From NCBI GenBank assembly GCA_964106915.2, contig OZ066919.1: DNA of 64,000 bases; one strand, written 5' to 3'. The notes beneath the pieces are model-generated. The model did no database searches. It was not told the origin of the DNA and saw only the letters and a list, made by a program, of their open reading frames with translations. This DNA is from Podarcis gaigeae. Lineage: Eukaryota. Shown piece after piece: positions 38,970-52,402 of the stretch (the first letter of the stretch is position 1; every line of letters starts with the position of its first letter). A program made the position numbers and the translations under genes.

Positions 38970-39410
38970 GGTGCGAGGTGCAGAAAAGGGCAACCAAAAT
39001 GATCTACAGAGACAAGGTATGGGACTACAGAGACAATTTAGAAAGGGGACATGAAAAAAGCATTAAAAATATGCATGATTCAAGGAAAGTGAGCAGGGAG
39101 ACCTTTGTCTCCTTCCTGTTGAAGGTTGTGGCCCAGGAAGAGAGAAGAAAATACTGGAAGTAAACCACTGGCTGTGCAGGTGGTGTCAGCAGGAAAGGTT
39201 TGGTTTCTTGGACTGTAGTCTCTGCTTCCGTGAGGAAGAACGTCTGGAACACGAGGGAGGGAAGTGCTATGGCACTCATGTCCTGCTTGTTGGCTTCCCA
39301 GATGCATCTGGATCATCACTGTGAGAATAGAATTGTGAACTAGATGGCCCTTTGACCAGATCATAGCTGTCAACATTTCCCTTTTTTAAAGGGAAATTCC
39401 CTTATTCCAA
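38970..39410 (+). mobile_element. Highly decayed CR1 3' fragment
   Basis: GAGGTGCAGAAAAGGGCAACCAAAATGAT (EVQKRATKM) and GAACTAGATGGCCCTTTGACCAGATC-type 3' end. Confidence 0.55.
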
Positions 39411-40519
39411 GAAAAGGGAAAAGTTGACAGCCATGGACCAGATCCAGTAGGCTTCTTGGTTCTTATGAGGTCCAGATCCAGCCCTCACCATGCAAAGGAT
39501 GTTACTGCAGGGTAAAATATCTGAACTGTGCTGTTGTGTCAAGGGATAGTTTACGAAACAATGGATTGTGTTTAACTAACTTTTACTCAGAGTAGGCCCA
39601 CTGGAATTAATGGCCATGATTAAGTTCGGTTTTCAAATTTTGATGGGTCTACTCTTAGTAAAAGGGAGTTGAATACCATCCAGTGTGGAGATTCCACAGT
39701 AAACTGTTTTGTCTTTGGCAAAGCACAGCTGCTTGCCTGCAAATTTCCAAGGCATTCACAGGAGGAATAAAGTGTTTTTCAGAACACTCAGATAAATGGT
39801 CTCCATTCCAAAAAGATCACCTTATGCTGATTTCTCCACCGCAGTGACCATCTCAGTTGTTCACCTGAAACCACCCTGACATATCACTTGATTGTATGGA
39901 AAACATTCAGCTGACAAGTCAAAGTGGCTGCTTCACTTAATCTAAATATAGTGCCCAATCGCAAAGGACCTTAGCCACCCTCTCTTCTCTTTTCTGTTCA
40001 TGATTTAAAAGAATTGTCTGACATTACTGCACAGCAGGCCCCTCAACTTTTGTATCAAATGGCACATTACCATGCAACTGAGTGCTCCGTAATGTCTGTG
40101 ACTGCATCATTGCCCAGTCTGAGACTTGAGGACTGAAATCTTCATTTTTATTTCATGAATATTTTAAACACCCTTCTGAAGGAAATTCCTGTGCTGCGTT
40201 TATGTGACAAACACAGTTTGAAACTCGAAAGGCATCCAATCCCTGTTGTTAAACATTTCAAGGATTAGTGGGAATGCTGAACCCTATCGCTTGTCGCACG
40301 CCATATCAAATTTCAATCTGCAAGACTCAATTGACAACATCCTTCCAGGGCAGCTTTCTGTGCAGTCTGTGGCACTGGTGTAGTGGAGGCCTGTGGTCAC
40401 AAAACAACATATAACTCCTATTGGCAACTAATCATGGTGCCATCATTTGAGTTTAACAAGGCCTGAGCAGTTTCACTCCAGTGTAAACTAAGGTGTGGAC
40501 AAAGGACTCTTTAACCTTC

Positions 40520-40646
40520 TAGTTCAGTTGGTAGAGCATGAGATTCTTAATCTCAGGGTTGTGGGTTTGATCCCCATGTTCGGCAAAAGATTCCTGCAAT
40601 GCAGGGGATGATCCTTGGGATCCCTTCCAACTCTACAATTCTATGA
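40520..40646 (+). mobile_element. tRNA-Lys(CTT)-derived SINE with CR1-like tail
   Basis: TAGTTCAGTTGGTAGAGCATGAGATTCTTAATCTCAGGGTTGTGGGTTTGATCCCC...CCCTTCCAACTCTACAATTCTATGA. Confidence 0.78.
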
Positions 40647-43600
40647 CTCCCAGCAAAAACAGCAACAGAGCCTTTTGCAGTGCTGGCCTCTTATTATTTT
40701 GAGGCTCAGAGCTCACAGTAATGGTGCACAGTTAAGTAGGGTAGTCTACTGATGCCAAAAAAGCTAAAATGAATCACCTAGTAAGGCATTAATTTGCATA
40801 CAGTTTGCTTAGGAGTAATATGTAATATTGTAATATCACAATATCTAAATTTACATACCAATGTAAAATTAGAAATAACTACTATAATTTAAATAGAAAT
40901 ATAATCCTTCTCACCATTATACACCTCATCATAGTCAGGAAGGCTATGACAAACTGTTGATGGGTACCTTCAAGGCCCCTCCTGTTCTCCCTTCTAATGG
41001 TTCTTTAATCGAATTGTGTGTCAACTGGATGCTTGTAAAATGGTTGCCGCCTGTATTATTGTGAGAAAGAGAGGGGAGGGGAGGAGAAGGGGAAGAGGGG
41101 ATATTATTAAACAATGATAAACTTTTATGCAATGAGAAGATACTATTGTCTTCTGAAACACCATGGCAATAATAGATGCTTTCAAGCTCTCTCCTAGAGC
41201 TTGTTTTATTTTTACTTTTTGTTCACACTTTTATTTCAGTACATAAAACAAACACAAAGAAAAATAAAGACAAAAGTCTCAAAATAAACCACAATTCCCT
41301 CCTTCATCCACAACCCACTCTCAAATTTCTTTAAAATCCCTTGGGCACTCATCCTTTCCTTTTCTAAGACAAAAACAGAGTTTCAGGAATAATTTGGGTA
41401 ATAATCGCTGCAATGGGCATCATTGCAGAGTTTGCGGCACTGGATTATCTCTCAGGGAGGAGTCTCTCAGATGGAGGATTCAGGGGGAGGAAATGTTGCA
41501 TATTCTGAAGAGGTTAAGCACTTTTCAGCCAGATTGGCTTCCTGTCGTTCCTCCTGTTCTTGTTGCTGGGTAGAGCTTTTCTCTTGGCCTGGTTATTTTG
41601 CAGGTCAGACTATTTGCTGTCTCCTCATTGAACCACCAACCAACAAAAAATATCCTTGCTTGCTGCTTGGTTGTCTGCAGAATATGTCATGTCCCGCCCA
41701 GGTAATATGCCTTGTGCTCTTGATTATACACTGAATGAAAAAGAAGGCTGCCTCTTTTGTCTCTCTGTGGGTTGAGCCTGCCCCATTGGAAGCTAACATT
41801 ACATCCACTTCCCAGTTGGAAGGAAGCATTGACATTTTGTCTGAATCGTCAAATTGCTGCTATAGCCTGACCATTTGAAAACAACCACCAAGAGCTTGCT
41901 TTTCCTTTCCTCTGAAAGCCAAATAAAACATAGCATACTATTGTAGGATTAAGCAGACCTTGAACCTGGTCATTCATTCATTCAATAAATATACCGCCCT
42001 ATACCTGGAGGTCTCAGGCCAGTTCACATCTAGCTCTGGGAATAAGATCTGGCTTTTGGAGGCCATTAATAAATATTAGCGAATCAAGGAAATTAATTTC
42101 TTTCAACTATATTTTTATAATAACCAAACTGACCTCCCACATTAAAAGATAGCTAGCATTTCTGAAACAATTTATCCTTATGTCATTTATTCTTCAAATC
42201 TGTGTCACCCCAATCACTGAGCAGTGCAAGATTCCAGGGGTTCCAGGTGCAGCTACCCAGGGTTCATATTTCCTTTGGCAAATCTTTACAATATATGGTT
42301 TGTTTACACATATATACAACCTGAACCTATGATGGAGGGGTTCCCAGCATTACACTCCAAGAGGTCTTGCTTCCTCCATAGCACAGCTTGGATTCAAACA
42401 GAAATCAGCCAAAGCTCTCTGACCCTCTGCTCCAGCTTGCTGTCTTTTCCTGCTCTAGGACACATCTCCACCACTGCAATCCTGACATTTACCTTAGGAC
42501 ATATCCATTCACTCAAAAAGGATGAAAATAAAATTATTATTGTTGTTGTTGTTGTTATTACTACTACTACTACTATTACGATGACAGCAACATTATTGGG
42601 AAGAGGTAGGAATATATTTTAAATGCCATTTTTAATGCAACATGGTATCCCTGGTCCAAATCTGTGGTGTCTTTCCCCTATAATTAATATACCACTTAAC
42701 AGTAGTCTTGAAGTGGTCTACAATAAGGTTCAAAAGGTACAATTTTTAAAACCAGTTAAAACTAAAATCAGAAAACTTACTTAAAATAACCTGATGAAGT
42801 AAAAAGAAGCTTGCATGTGCATCGGCTTCGTCCATTGAAAAGAATGGACAAACCATTGTGGGGGGGAATTGTCCTGCGTGCACCACACATCTCACCACAC
42901 AGGTAATAAATCACTGGAGTAGGTTGAGACAGGCATTCTCAACCACAAGCCTAGGCTTCTGATCAGTACCTAACAGTCACCGCCAAGCTCAACCAAAAAG
43001 TACATTTTTCTTTCCCTTGTTCACCTCGTTAAGCAGAAATCCCAATATACTTGCTATTTCTGGAGCACCTCTGGGCTTCATTTTCGGCTTACCCAACACA
43101 GGAAAAGCCTAATAAAAGCATATAATGAATCTTTGCAGAAGGAGAGTTTCCGTGCCAGGCTCATCCAGAGCACCTTTCACCTTGTATCCCCACAGAAAAT
43201 ACCCTTTCCAACCTTTCATGTCTGCGATCTGTTCACACAGCATTTTATATTGTGGTCTAATCCCAAGTGGCTTGGACTTAAACCTGAACTACATCTGGTT
43301 TATATCTAGAATCAGTTTTCTAGAGATAGTGATTTCCTTAAAAAGCCCCTGCTCCTCCACAAAAGCCAGAAAGTATTATTTAAGGCAGGATAAAAATGTC
43401 AAAGCTATGTAACTCTATAGACAGACAGAGACACATAAAACGAGGATACTATTAATATGGCTTATCAAAACATTATTTTATTTGTTGTGGGTGAGGAATA
43501 AACAAACATCCTTCATTACTCTCTCTTTTCTTTTTAGTTAATAGCATTGATGAATATGGAAATAATTAGCAGAGATGATTCCCCTGTAGGCCCCCAATTC

Positions 43601-44850
43601 TAGGCATGTTAATTTGCCAAAGTTTTTATAACATGCTGCTCTTCGGATTGTTTTATTGACTTTAAATCTAGCCTTCTTAAAAAAAAAAAAATTAATTACA
43701 CAATAGCTGTTTCCCTTCAAAGAAGAATGGGCTCTTAGTGACCTAACAACCCTTTCAGCTCAGTAAAGGTGTTGGGTGAAATATTGACCATCAAAAAAAT
43801 CAATCAACACATTTTCTGTGTGTGGCTTAAAAGCAGTTGCATATTGTAAGAACAAAGGCCCCAATCCTCCAGTGTTTCACTCTTGCATCTGCCATTCATT
43901 AACCACAATGAATCTCCTCCATAAGAAATCACCCCAGCAGGTGATTCGAGGATTGGACTATATGTGTGATACAGAGAAGGATCAATAACTCTCTCTGTGT
44001 ATCAATGAAGCCCCTTCACAATTGCATTTTGTGAAGGGGAATCACACATAGTGCAGGCCTGCAAGGTTACATCATAGGCTCTGGCCTTGAGATTGTGCCA
44101 CAGTGCTGGCACACACACACCCCAATATCCACGCGTGAAGAATGGAGGCCTGTGAGGGAAAGCCAATGTGCCCAGGGATTTCCCCTTCGTTTTGTAATGC
44201 CGATCATACAGGGCTGCAGAACAATTTGAATACCAATAGATACAAATCTATGCCACACTCGCCAACATCTGACTGATGAAAATCAGGACACATGTCTTTT
44301 GTTGCGAGTCAGAGGCACCGAAACACACATGTCTTTTGCACTCATGCACAAGCCAGCTGCAAGTACCAGCTCACCCCCCTCCAGGGTCATAGCAAGGGGG
44401 AGTGGTAGGTGCAGTGTGCCCTGGGTGTCACCACTGAGGGGGTGACAAAATGGCAGGCGGCACTCACCCCGAAGCCTGCAGTGCACCCGAGCCATGCGTC
44501 TAGGGCACCCGCAGGCTCCACACTGTCCGCCCACTGCCTCTACCCCAGCTGTAAGGTGACTGAGGCCCTGCAGCATGCCCTGACCCTATGGGTGCCGCAA
44601 ACCCCACACCGGCCCTATGGGCAGTTCACCCCAGTTGCCCGATAGGCTTCCTCTGCCGCAACCCCCCTCCCCAAGCTCAGCAGCAGCAGCAGCACTGGAA
44701 GGGAGAAATGGGACATTCCGGGATCCAATTAGAAGCCGGGATGTCTTCTGTAATTCTAGGATGTCCCAGGAAAATCGGGACAGTTGAGGGGTATCTTACA
44801 CATGTAAGCTTTTTCTTGAAGATATCTATACCTAATGTGTGAAGTTCAAC

Positions 44851-45094
44851 TGTTAAGTTGTGGGCGAACATAGCAGACGACACAGCGATTTCTCCAGAGC
44901 AGCTCTTTATTTGTAAGCTGGACAGAACTGCACAGCAAACAGCTCAGCCGGCCTGCTTTTATAGGCAGCCGGCTGTCAACATTGTAGCAACAACAACCCA
45001 GGGTTTCCCGCCTAAAATAACTGACGTGGACCTGAGTGAAAACTATCTACAGTATCCCCCTGCTGGCCCAGGGTGAGAACTTCAGTACATAACA
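44851..45094 (-). mobile_element. Short solo LTR (244 bp)
   Basis: TGTTA...TAACA termini; 5-bp TSD TCAAC/CCAAC; minus-strand TATAAAA (44957-44963) upstream of AATAAA (44906-44911). Confidence 0.85.
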
Positions 45095-45953
45095 CCAACA
45101 ATAGAGCTTGCAGCACTAGAGATGCAGTCATGCAACTCCATTCTAGGTGAGATTTTCCTTTCTGTACATAAAGGGGACTTTATGCTTGTAATTTTTGTTG
45201 TTTTCCATAAATATGATGAGGGATTGAAGGATGCTCCAGCTCTCATGTGCTATACGCCAATCATAACCTACCACAGAGGAAGTCAATTGAGTTTGAGAAG
45301 TCATTTCTGACACCCTAAATTAGAAAGGAGAATTACAATTCGTTTAGCGATTCATAAGTTAAAACACCCGAGTAGAAAATGCAGACAGCAACAAGCATTT
45401 CCCCCTTTTCTCAGTAGGAGTTTGTCTGGCAGAAACTTAATAGGATGGTGCTTAAGAGGAATGGGCTATCAATTACACCAAGGAAGGAAGCATTACAGGC
45501 TTAATCTGAGGTATTGTCAGCAGAAGCCTGGATAAGAGAAATTTACATTCCAGAGGAGTGATTGACTTAGCTAATACCTGGCTAGAGACAGTGTAGAAGA
45601 AAACAAAGAAATGCTTTTACTGAATGAAAGCATGGTGCTTTGTTTGTTGAGAGAAATCTGATCTTGAAGGACAGAACTTGCAAATGTCCATACAAGTCCC
45701 ACCTTAACATCCTGATTCTTCGCAGAGTTAAGCATACCTGGACACATTCATTTCAATAGGTGGAATCCTGACTAAGTTACAGAGCAACTTAATGCCTCAA
45801 TCTATTGTGCTGGAGTGGTTTTGTATGCATGAGAACTTCACTGGTCAGGAGTGCTCCAAAGCTCCTCAGAGCTACCACCAACAGTACATCACTAGTGGTC
45901 ATAGTCAGGGGAAGCCCCTGAAATGGGTTGTTGGCACCCATGGTGTCCCCATA

Positions 45954-46367
45954 TGTCATGGACAAGGAGTCAGCTTTACCTGCTGAACTGCAGCCTGAAG
46001 GGGGAGAAGGCAGAGTGACTCTACCTGCAGCTGATCAGCCTTCAAGGACACAGAGGAGAAGGCATGGATGAGAACCAGCTGGCTTCAGCCTTCTTAAGCA
46101 GAACTTCCAGCAGTAGTCACAAGCAGGAAACAGTGCTTGTTGTTCCTTGCCCTGCCTTCCTGCTTAGCTTGACCCTTGGCCATCAGATTCCTTGACCCCT
46201 GGACCATCTGATCACGTGGATGGCTCTTTGCACGACCCTAGGACTGGACCTGACTTTGGATGCTGACTCTGCCTCCAGGCAAGTACACCTCAGATGCTCT
46301 TCTGGTTGGCTGGTCTCCCACTCCACTGAGCCCTGCATGTTGTTGCCCAGCAACGAGACTAGGATAC
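45954..46367 (+). mobile_element. Possible decayed solo LTR
   Basis: Begins TGTCATGGAC; U5-like GACCCTAGGACTGGACCTGAC block; no convincing TSD. Confidence 0.35.
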
Positions 46368-46369
46368 CT

Positions 46370-46500
46370 TGCCTCCTCTTCTGCAGTCTTGTGCTGCAGC
46401 TCCCTCCTTGCACTGTTTATTCTGTTATCAGGTTGGGTACTGCTTTCCTTTTGGGTGAAGACAAAGTAAGCGTTGAGCAGTTCAGTCTTCTCTCTTGGAT
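46370..46500 (-). mobile_element. Internal CR1 ORF2 fragment
   Basis: EKTELLNAYFVFTQ resembles the CR1 ORF2 EKAELLNxFFxSVFT motif. Confidence 0.55.
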
Positions 46501-49500
46501 AACAAAACATTGGTCATTTCCAATTGGCTTTGATCCCATGCTGTAATTAGAAGCATTATATATTGATTTTGTTACGTGTGGTTTTGTTCAGAACATTAGC
46601 ATGGGGAGCATTAATGAATGTTGTGATTTAGCAGTTGTTTGTCTTTAATCACTTAGTTTCTTCCTGCAGTCAAACTCTCATGGCTGTCTAACTTCCCTGT
46701 TAAGAAAAAAATGTGCTGATAGAAGTAATGTGTTTGATCCTGTTTTGGGGCGCAGGGTGAGTGTGTGTCTGTTTGAACAATGCAGCAAGTAAAAGTTCAG
46801 TGTCAATTGATTTGAAGGTTACAGTGATTGACCAGCATCAGTTGTTGTTGACAATTATATTTCCCCAAAATTCTGTGGCAACAGTAGCAGCTTCTCTGTT
46901 TGTTGTCAAATAAAACTGTGTATGCTGCTCCATTAAATTGTTGTCGTCTGCACACAGCCTCATACCTTATTTTTGCAGTGCTGCATGCTGTTTCATTAAT
47001 GTTATCATGACGTCAGCACAGGGTAAACCATATTATAGCACTTAAGTCACTCCCCAGAAAGCAATTACAGTATATTCTTCTTAACTGAAGGAGGTAAACA
47101 TATTTGGTGATACCCAACTAAGGCTGCAATCCGGACCCCATTTACCCAAGAGAAAGCCCCACTGAATTCAATAGGGTTTCCTTCTGAGTAGATATAGCAT
47201 TGTGCTGTAAATTACAGAGTAGACCTACTGAAATTAATGAACTTATTTAAATCTAATTATTTCATTGGGGCTTCTCTGAGAATGACTAATGTTGGATATT
47301 ATTCCAAATGTACGATATGACAAAGGGGACATAGATGCAGCCGTCAGTTTGCTCTAGAGGACCAGGTTTGTTTGGGTTTTTTCATATTATAGGAGTAGCA
47401 TGTTTTTCATTGTCCCATAATTCCACCCAGCTACTACAGCCATGAAGCAAGCAAGGAGCATGTGGGTATCTGAGATACCTGCCATCACCAAAAGCTGATG
47501 GTGTTGCCTGATGCAGGCCACTGGCACAACTACTGTATCTTATGAGCATTGCTGGCCTGAATCAGGGCTGTGTTTTGTGCCATCTTTGCTTACTAACCAT
47601 GTGGAAACAAGGCAGTGGACAGGAAGCAAGCAAGCAGTTGCTTTTGGGTGTGTTTAGCCATTACTAAACCACTACTAATCTTGATGTGATGTGGCTAGCA
47701 AACGCACATCATGGGGGAGGGGAGAGAGTCTTATAGCAGCCCCGGTTTCATTTGATCATTATGGGTTCATTATGGATCACATGATGGTAATAAAAGCAAG
47801 AAAGATATTTCATATAGTATCTCTTATAGTATGTGCCAGATTATGATGTCAGCAGTTAAGTTAGAAAAATAATGACAAATGTGACCAAACCATGAAATTA
47901 CTATTTATTGCTTACAGGGAATAGGTTGTCTGCTTCAATAACTAGGGTAGGTATATGTTGCATGGCCAAAGCATAGTTGCATTAAATATATTTAATGTTA
48001 CAGCCAATGTTCTCCAAAGGCTGAACTTTTAGCTCCCTGCTGTAATGGGAGCATTCAGAAAGGAATACTGAATCACTGGAACAAGGACAGGAATCATTGG
48101 CAGCTCTATCTTTCAGCTACGATGTAAGACAAATGAGGTCCTGTTAAAGCACCTGATAAGAAAATATGTTCCTTTATTAAAAAGTAACAGTTCATTCTTT
48201 ACGTTTATTTTGAAATTTGCTGTAATTACTTAGCAATTGGAAAGCAATTTGCAGAGAGTAGTTTATTGTTCAGCATCTGTAGTGATTTTATTTTATTTAT
48301 TTATTTATTATATTAAAACACACACACAAACGAACCCAACCACCACCGCTGGGGAAGATGAGACATGCAGCAGGAATTATGGCATTTAAATGTCTGCAGA
48401 ATAGAAATTCCAATAAGACTGAAATGAGCCATAAGGCAATTCTGCTTTTGTTGCTGATGTTCATTACTTAAAACACTGTGTGCTGTATAAGTGCATTTTT
48501 GTTTGTTCAGGTGCATATCCAGCATAACCTTGATTTAGTGCACTTATATTGATGCAACATAGGTTATTTAGGAGACATACAGATAAACTGAAATTCAAGT
48601 CCTTCCAGAACTTGATTTAATATATGAGAACCTGTGGTTTCACTATATTGGGCCATTATCTGCATATTCCATAAGGTTGGTAGTCTTTTCCCTACAGTAT
48701 CCCCGTACATTTGGAAAGTGAACTATCCATTAATTCCACTTTTACAGGGAAAAGGACAAACCATCAAGTACAATTCTCTACCCAAATCAGGACACTCTAG
48801 CCAGTGGATGAACTTATGCAATCTGGTATGCCTCACTAATGGATTTTTACTACCAGCCTCAATAAATCTAGAATTGTGGGAAAGCTTCTAAATCAGAAGG
48901 TGGAAAAAAAATACGGTACTACTTCTCATAAAGAAAGCAACAAGCATTGCTGGTTTGGAGGATGAAATTAATTATAAAGCAGTTTTTACACAGGTAAAAT
49001 ACTATAGGTACCATTTTTTAAAAATACCTGGAAGAATGTCTAGTCTAAACATGCAACTAATGACAAATTTTATTCAGAGATAAGTAGGATGTGTGACCTT
49101 TTCGGGGAGAAAATGCCATTTTTCAGCCCTTCAGCTTGCCGTAGGATTCTTGTGTGGGTGACCTTAGGGAAAACAGCTTAACTTCATTTTAATGAATCTA
49201 TAAAACACTCGGAAGGTGCTTCTAGTACTAGGTAAATGCCAACATATATTTTAAAACAGAGAAAGTTATGGCCAAGACAAATAAAGATAATCTAAGTTGT
49301 TGCATTTGTTTTGGATTTAGGTGGAAATGCAAAGCTATGTTTTATTAATAGGCACGGCAATTATTTGTTTACTTTCCCCACACTTCACAGTCGCATTGCG
49401 TGGGGACAGTTCATAATCACATGGGAACACCTTAAGATAACTTGAGGGCTTGCTCTGGGTCCAGTGCTCAAACGGTAGCATGATACCCAGTACTTTTATT

Positions 49501-49772
49501 TGAGAAGGCCCCCTTGGTTACTGATTTAGAAGGCTATAGAGGGGCGTGACTTGGCTCAAATTGAAAACCCCTTTCAATTTGGATTTCATCAAGCCCACCC
49601 CTTTATTCCTCAAACATCAAGTACTGTGAGCCAATTCCTCTGACACACATTTGAAGTGAAATAAAAAAACAACAACAAGGTGATCTTGCAAAACTAAGGA
49701 ACAAGGGAATATTCCTTATAGTTAGCAAAACCACTGATCCCTCTATTTATTTATTTATATTAAATTGATGTA

Positions 49773-50024
49773 CAGTGGTACCTCGGGTTACATATGCTTC
49801 AGGTTATATACGCTTCAGGTTACAAACTCAGCTAACCCAGAAATATTACCTCAGGTAGAACTGAGGCACCTCCTGAAGAACTTTGCTTCAGGATGAGAAC
49901 AGAAATCGTGCAGTGGCGGCAGCAGGAGGCCCCATTAGCTAAAGTGGTATCTCAGGTTAAGAACAGTTTCAGGTTAAGAACAGACCTCCAGAAATAATTA
50001 AGTTCTTAACCCGAGAGACCACTG
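49773..50024. mobile_element. Complete Tc1/mariner (Tigger-like) MITE inserted in an L2-type tail
   Basis: TIRs CAGTGGTACCTCGGGTTA / TAACCCGAGAGACCACTG; TA duplication on both sides. Confidence 0.9.
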
Positions 50025-50139
50025 TACCTCCCTTCATTCGAAGGTCACAGGGCAGTTTGCAGCATAAAAATACAAAGTGAAAACACAAAACAAAAAGCAA
50101 GCAGACAACAACAAAAGTATTGTTAAGTATTATCCAGAC

Positions 50140-50262
50140 CAGGCATAGGCAAACTCGGCCCTCCAGATGTTTTGGGACTACAGCTCCCATCATCCCTAGC
50201 TAACAGGGATGATGGGAATTGTAGTCTCAAAACATCTGGAGGGCCAAGTTTGCCTATGCCTG
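50140..50262. mobile_element. Palindromic hAT (Charlie-type) MITE
   Basis: CAGGCATAGGCAAACT / AGTTTGCCTATGCCTG; near-perfect hairpin; 8-bp flanks ATCCAGAC / GTCTAGAC. Confidence 0.9.
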
Positions 50263-51459
50263 GTCTAGACTGATTGGCAGTGGTTTTCCATGGTTTCAGA
50301 CAGGTTACTCCTAGCCATACCTAGAGATGCTGGGTATTGAAGACCTCCTCCATGCAAAGCACATACACAGAATCGAAACACAGAATTGTAGAGTTGGAAG
50401 GGACCACGGGGGTCATCTAGTCCAATTTGAGCAGGGGCAAGAAGACATGCATCCCAGTTTTGGGACTCAGGATGTTGGGTGGTATGAAACTGGAGACCTG
50501 AACGGGGCTTGGGGCTTGGCAACTTAGAGGCTACTGCCTCCCCACCAGTCTGCTCTCAGCTAGCCCCGGCCTGCCTGTTTACTTGCTTAAAACCAGTCCA
50601 GGGAGTGACGCTGGTTGTCAACCTCCTCCTCATTAAACTCAGTGGTGACCTAGCAGAAGTCAGCAGGGAGTAGAATGGGGGCAAAAGCAGGACAAATTGG
50701 CTCTGCCTGTCACTGCCTCTGCTGTTGGTCTCCCTGCCTTCCGCCCTACTGTTCCCAATGGGCATCAGCTGCCACTGTTGCCACCTTGAGTTCTATGCTG
50801 CAAGAGGAGATAAATTAACGGAAGGTTAGATTCTGCTGGCGAAAACCTCTCTATATCATCAAGGCACCACAAGGTAAGCTTTTAAGTAGCAGCTTCTGTT
50901 GGCTGGATTCCCCCTAAATCTCTTGTGTATCAAGAGCAACAATTTACGCTGTGGCAAGCATGAAACTCTCCCATCTCAAAAAATGGTCACGCTGACACTG
51001 TTCCTGCATTAGGAACTTGCCTTTGACAAACAAAAAGATCTATTTTGCCGCTCGCTCCCGCTTAAAAGGTTTCGTCTGCTTGTTCCACGGCTGTTATTGC
51101 ACATCCATGGTTTGTTTGCACATCTCTCTAATTAAGTAGCAGAGACTGGGGCCTCAATTCAGAAATGTAAATTAAATAGAAATCTTTCTGAGCGACTGCA
51201 TTTAATCCTCAATTTTGCTCCGGCAAATTGCTATGGTCAAGTTACCCTCTCATAGGAATGGTATCATATTGTGAATACATGGCTAGCTGAGCATTTTTGA
51301 ACAGTAAATGACTGGTTCTTTTTGCTTATATGTCTCTCCAACTGGCATTGGGTATTTTGAACTTGTGGGGGAAACAGGAAATGTGACTCATACTATTCCC
51401 CCCCCCCTACACTCTTTTGTCGGGTCTAAAAAGCAGGCTTGCTCATCTTCTGTCTAGAA

Positions 51460-51740
51460 CAGGGCTGCCTTAAGATGTCTTCTGAATGTCAGGTAATTGT
51501 TGATCGCTTTGACATCTGATGGGAGGCCGTTCCACAGGGTGGGCGCCACTACCAAGAAGGCCCTCTGCCTGGTTCCCTGTTAGCTTTGCTTCTCGCAATG
51601 AGGGAACCGCCAGAAGGCCCTCAGCGCTGGACCTCACTGTACGGGCAGAACGATGAGGGTGGAGATGCTCCTTCAGGTATACTGGGCCGAGGCCGTTTAG
51701 GGCTTTAAAGGTCAGCACCAATACTTTGAATTGTGCTCCT
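51460..51740 (-). mobile_element. L2-clade LINE fragment
   Basis: FKVLVLTFKALNGLGPVYLKEHL; homologous to 12258-12578 and the ORF at 36614. Confidence 0.85.
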
Positions 51741-52402
51741 AGTGAAAGAACAAAAATAAAAAATAAAAAGCATGCATATTTTAAGATAAAATGTGTGTAT
51801 TGTGCTAGGATACATTTATATACATTACCACACAATTTTTAATTTAAAAAATGAGCATTAACGTGGAAATCAGATGGAATGGATGTATAATTCAACACAT
51901 GTTAAATTGGCGTGGACTGGAAATAAAATGATCCATCCATCCCTAGACTCAAGAGCCCTGGTTTCAAAAGCAATGAGCATTCCCACAAAATGGGGCATTT
52001 GTCTCCCTGTGAAAACACATATTAGCCCAGCACAATGAAAAAGGAACATGTTTCTATTGAAGAGAAAAAACAATAACAAACACAATTTTATTGAAAAGGT
52101 CGCAATGCATTATACATTTATAGGATCCAGTCCGGTCAATAGAAACACAGGCAGGCAATCCATCCTTCTCCTCCTACCCATCCCCCATCCCCCTGGGCAA
52201 CAAACAGACTTGAAATTCTGTAGGGGCTCAGGCTTAGATGCACATGGCAGAAGTGAAAATATATATATCTCTCTGCTTAAAAAAAAATAAGCTAATGATT
52301 TTCTGTTGCCTTTATGAACATTCATCAGCAGTAATTTCATGTCCTCCTGGATTGGAGGGGATCCTTCAGTGTATTATTATTATTACATTTTGTACATTAA
52401 AT

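Noticed and set aside
40520-40590. tRNA-Lys gene (also 22727-22793)
   Set aside because: Acceptor stem and T arm are degenerate and it is fused to a CR1-like tail, so it is a SINE head
41604-41701. Plus-strand 98-nt exon (TTTTGCAG|...CAG|GTAATA)
   Set aside because: Plausible sites but no recognisable peptide or partner exons; cannot be supported without RNA data
42790-42815. CTGATGA as a hammerhead core (also ~31093 and ~44273)
   Set aside because: No stem II hairpin followed by GAAA and no stem I
50140-50262. Long hairpin as a pre-miRNA (also 61833-61968)
   Set aside because: TIRs, 8-bp TSDs and multiple copies identify hAT MITEs
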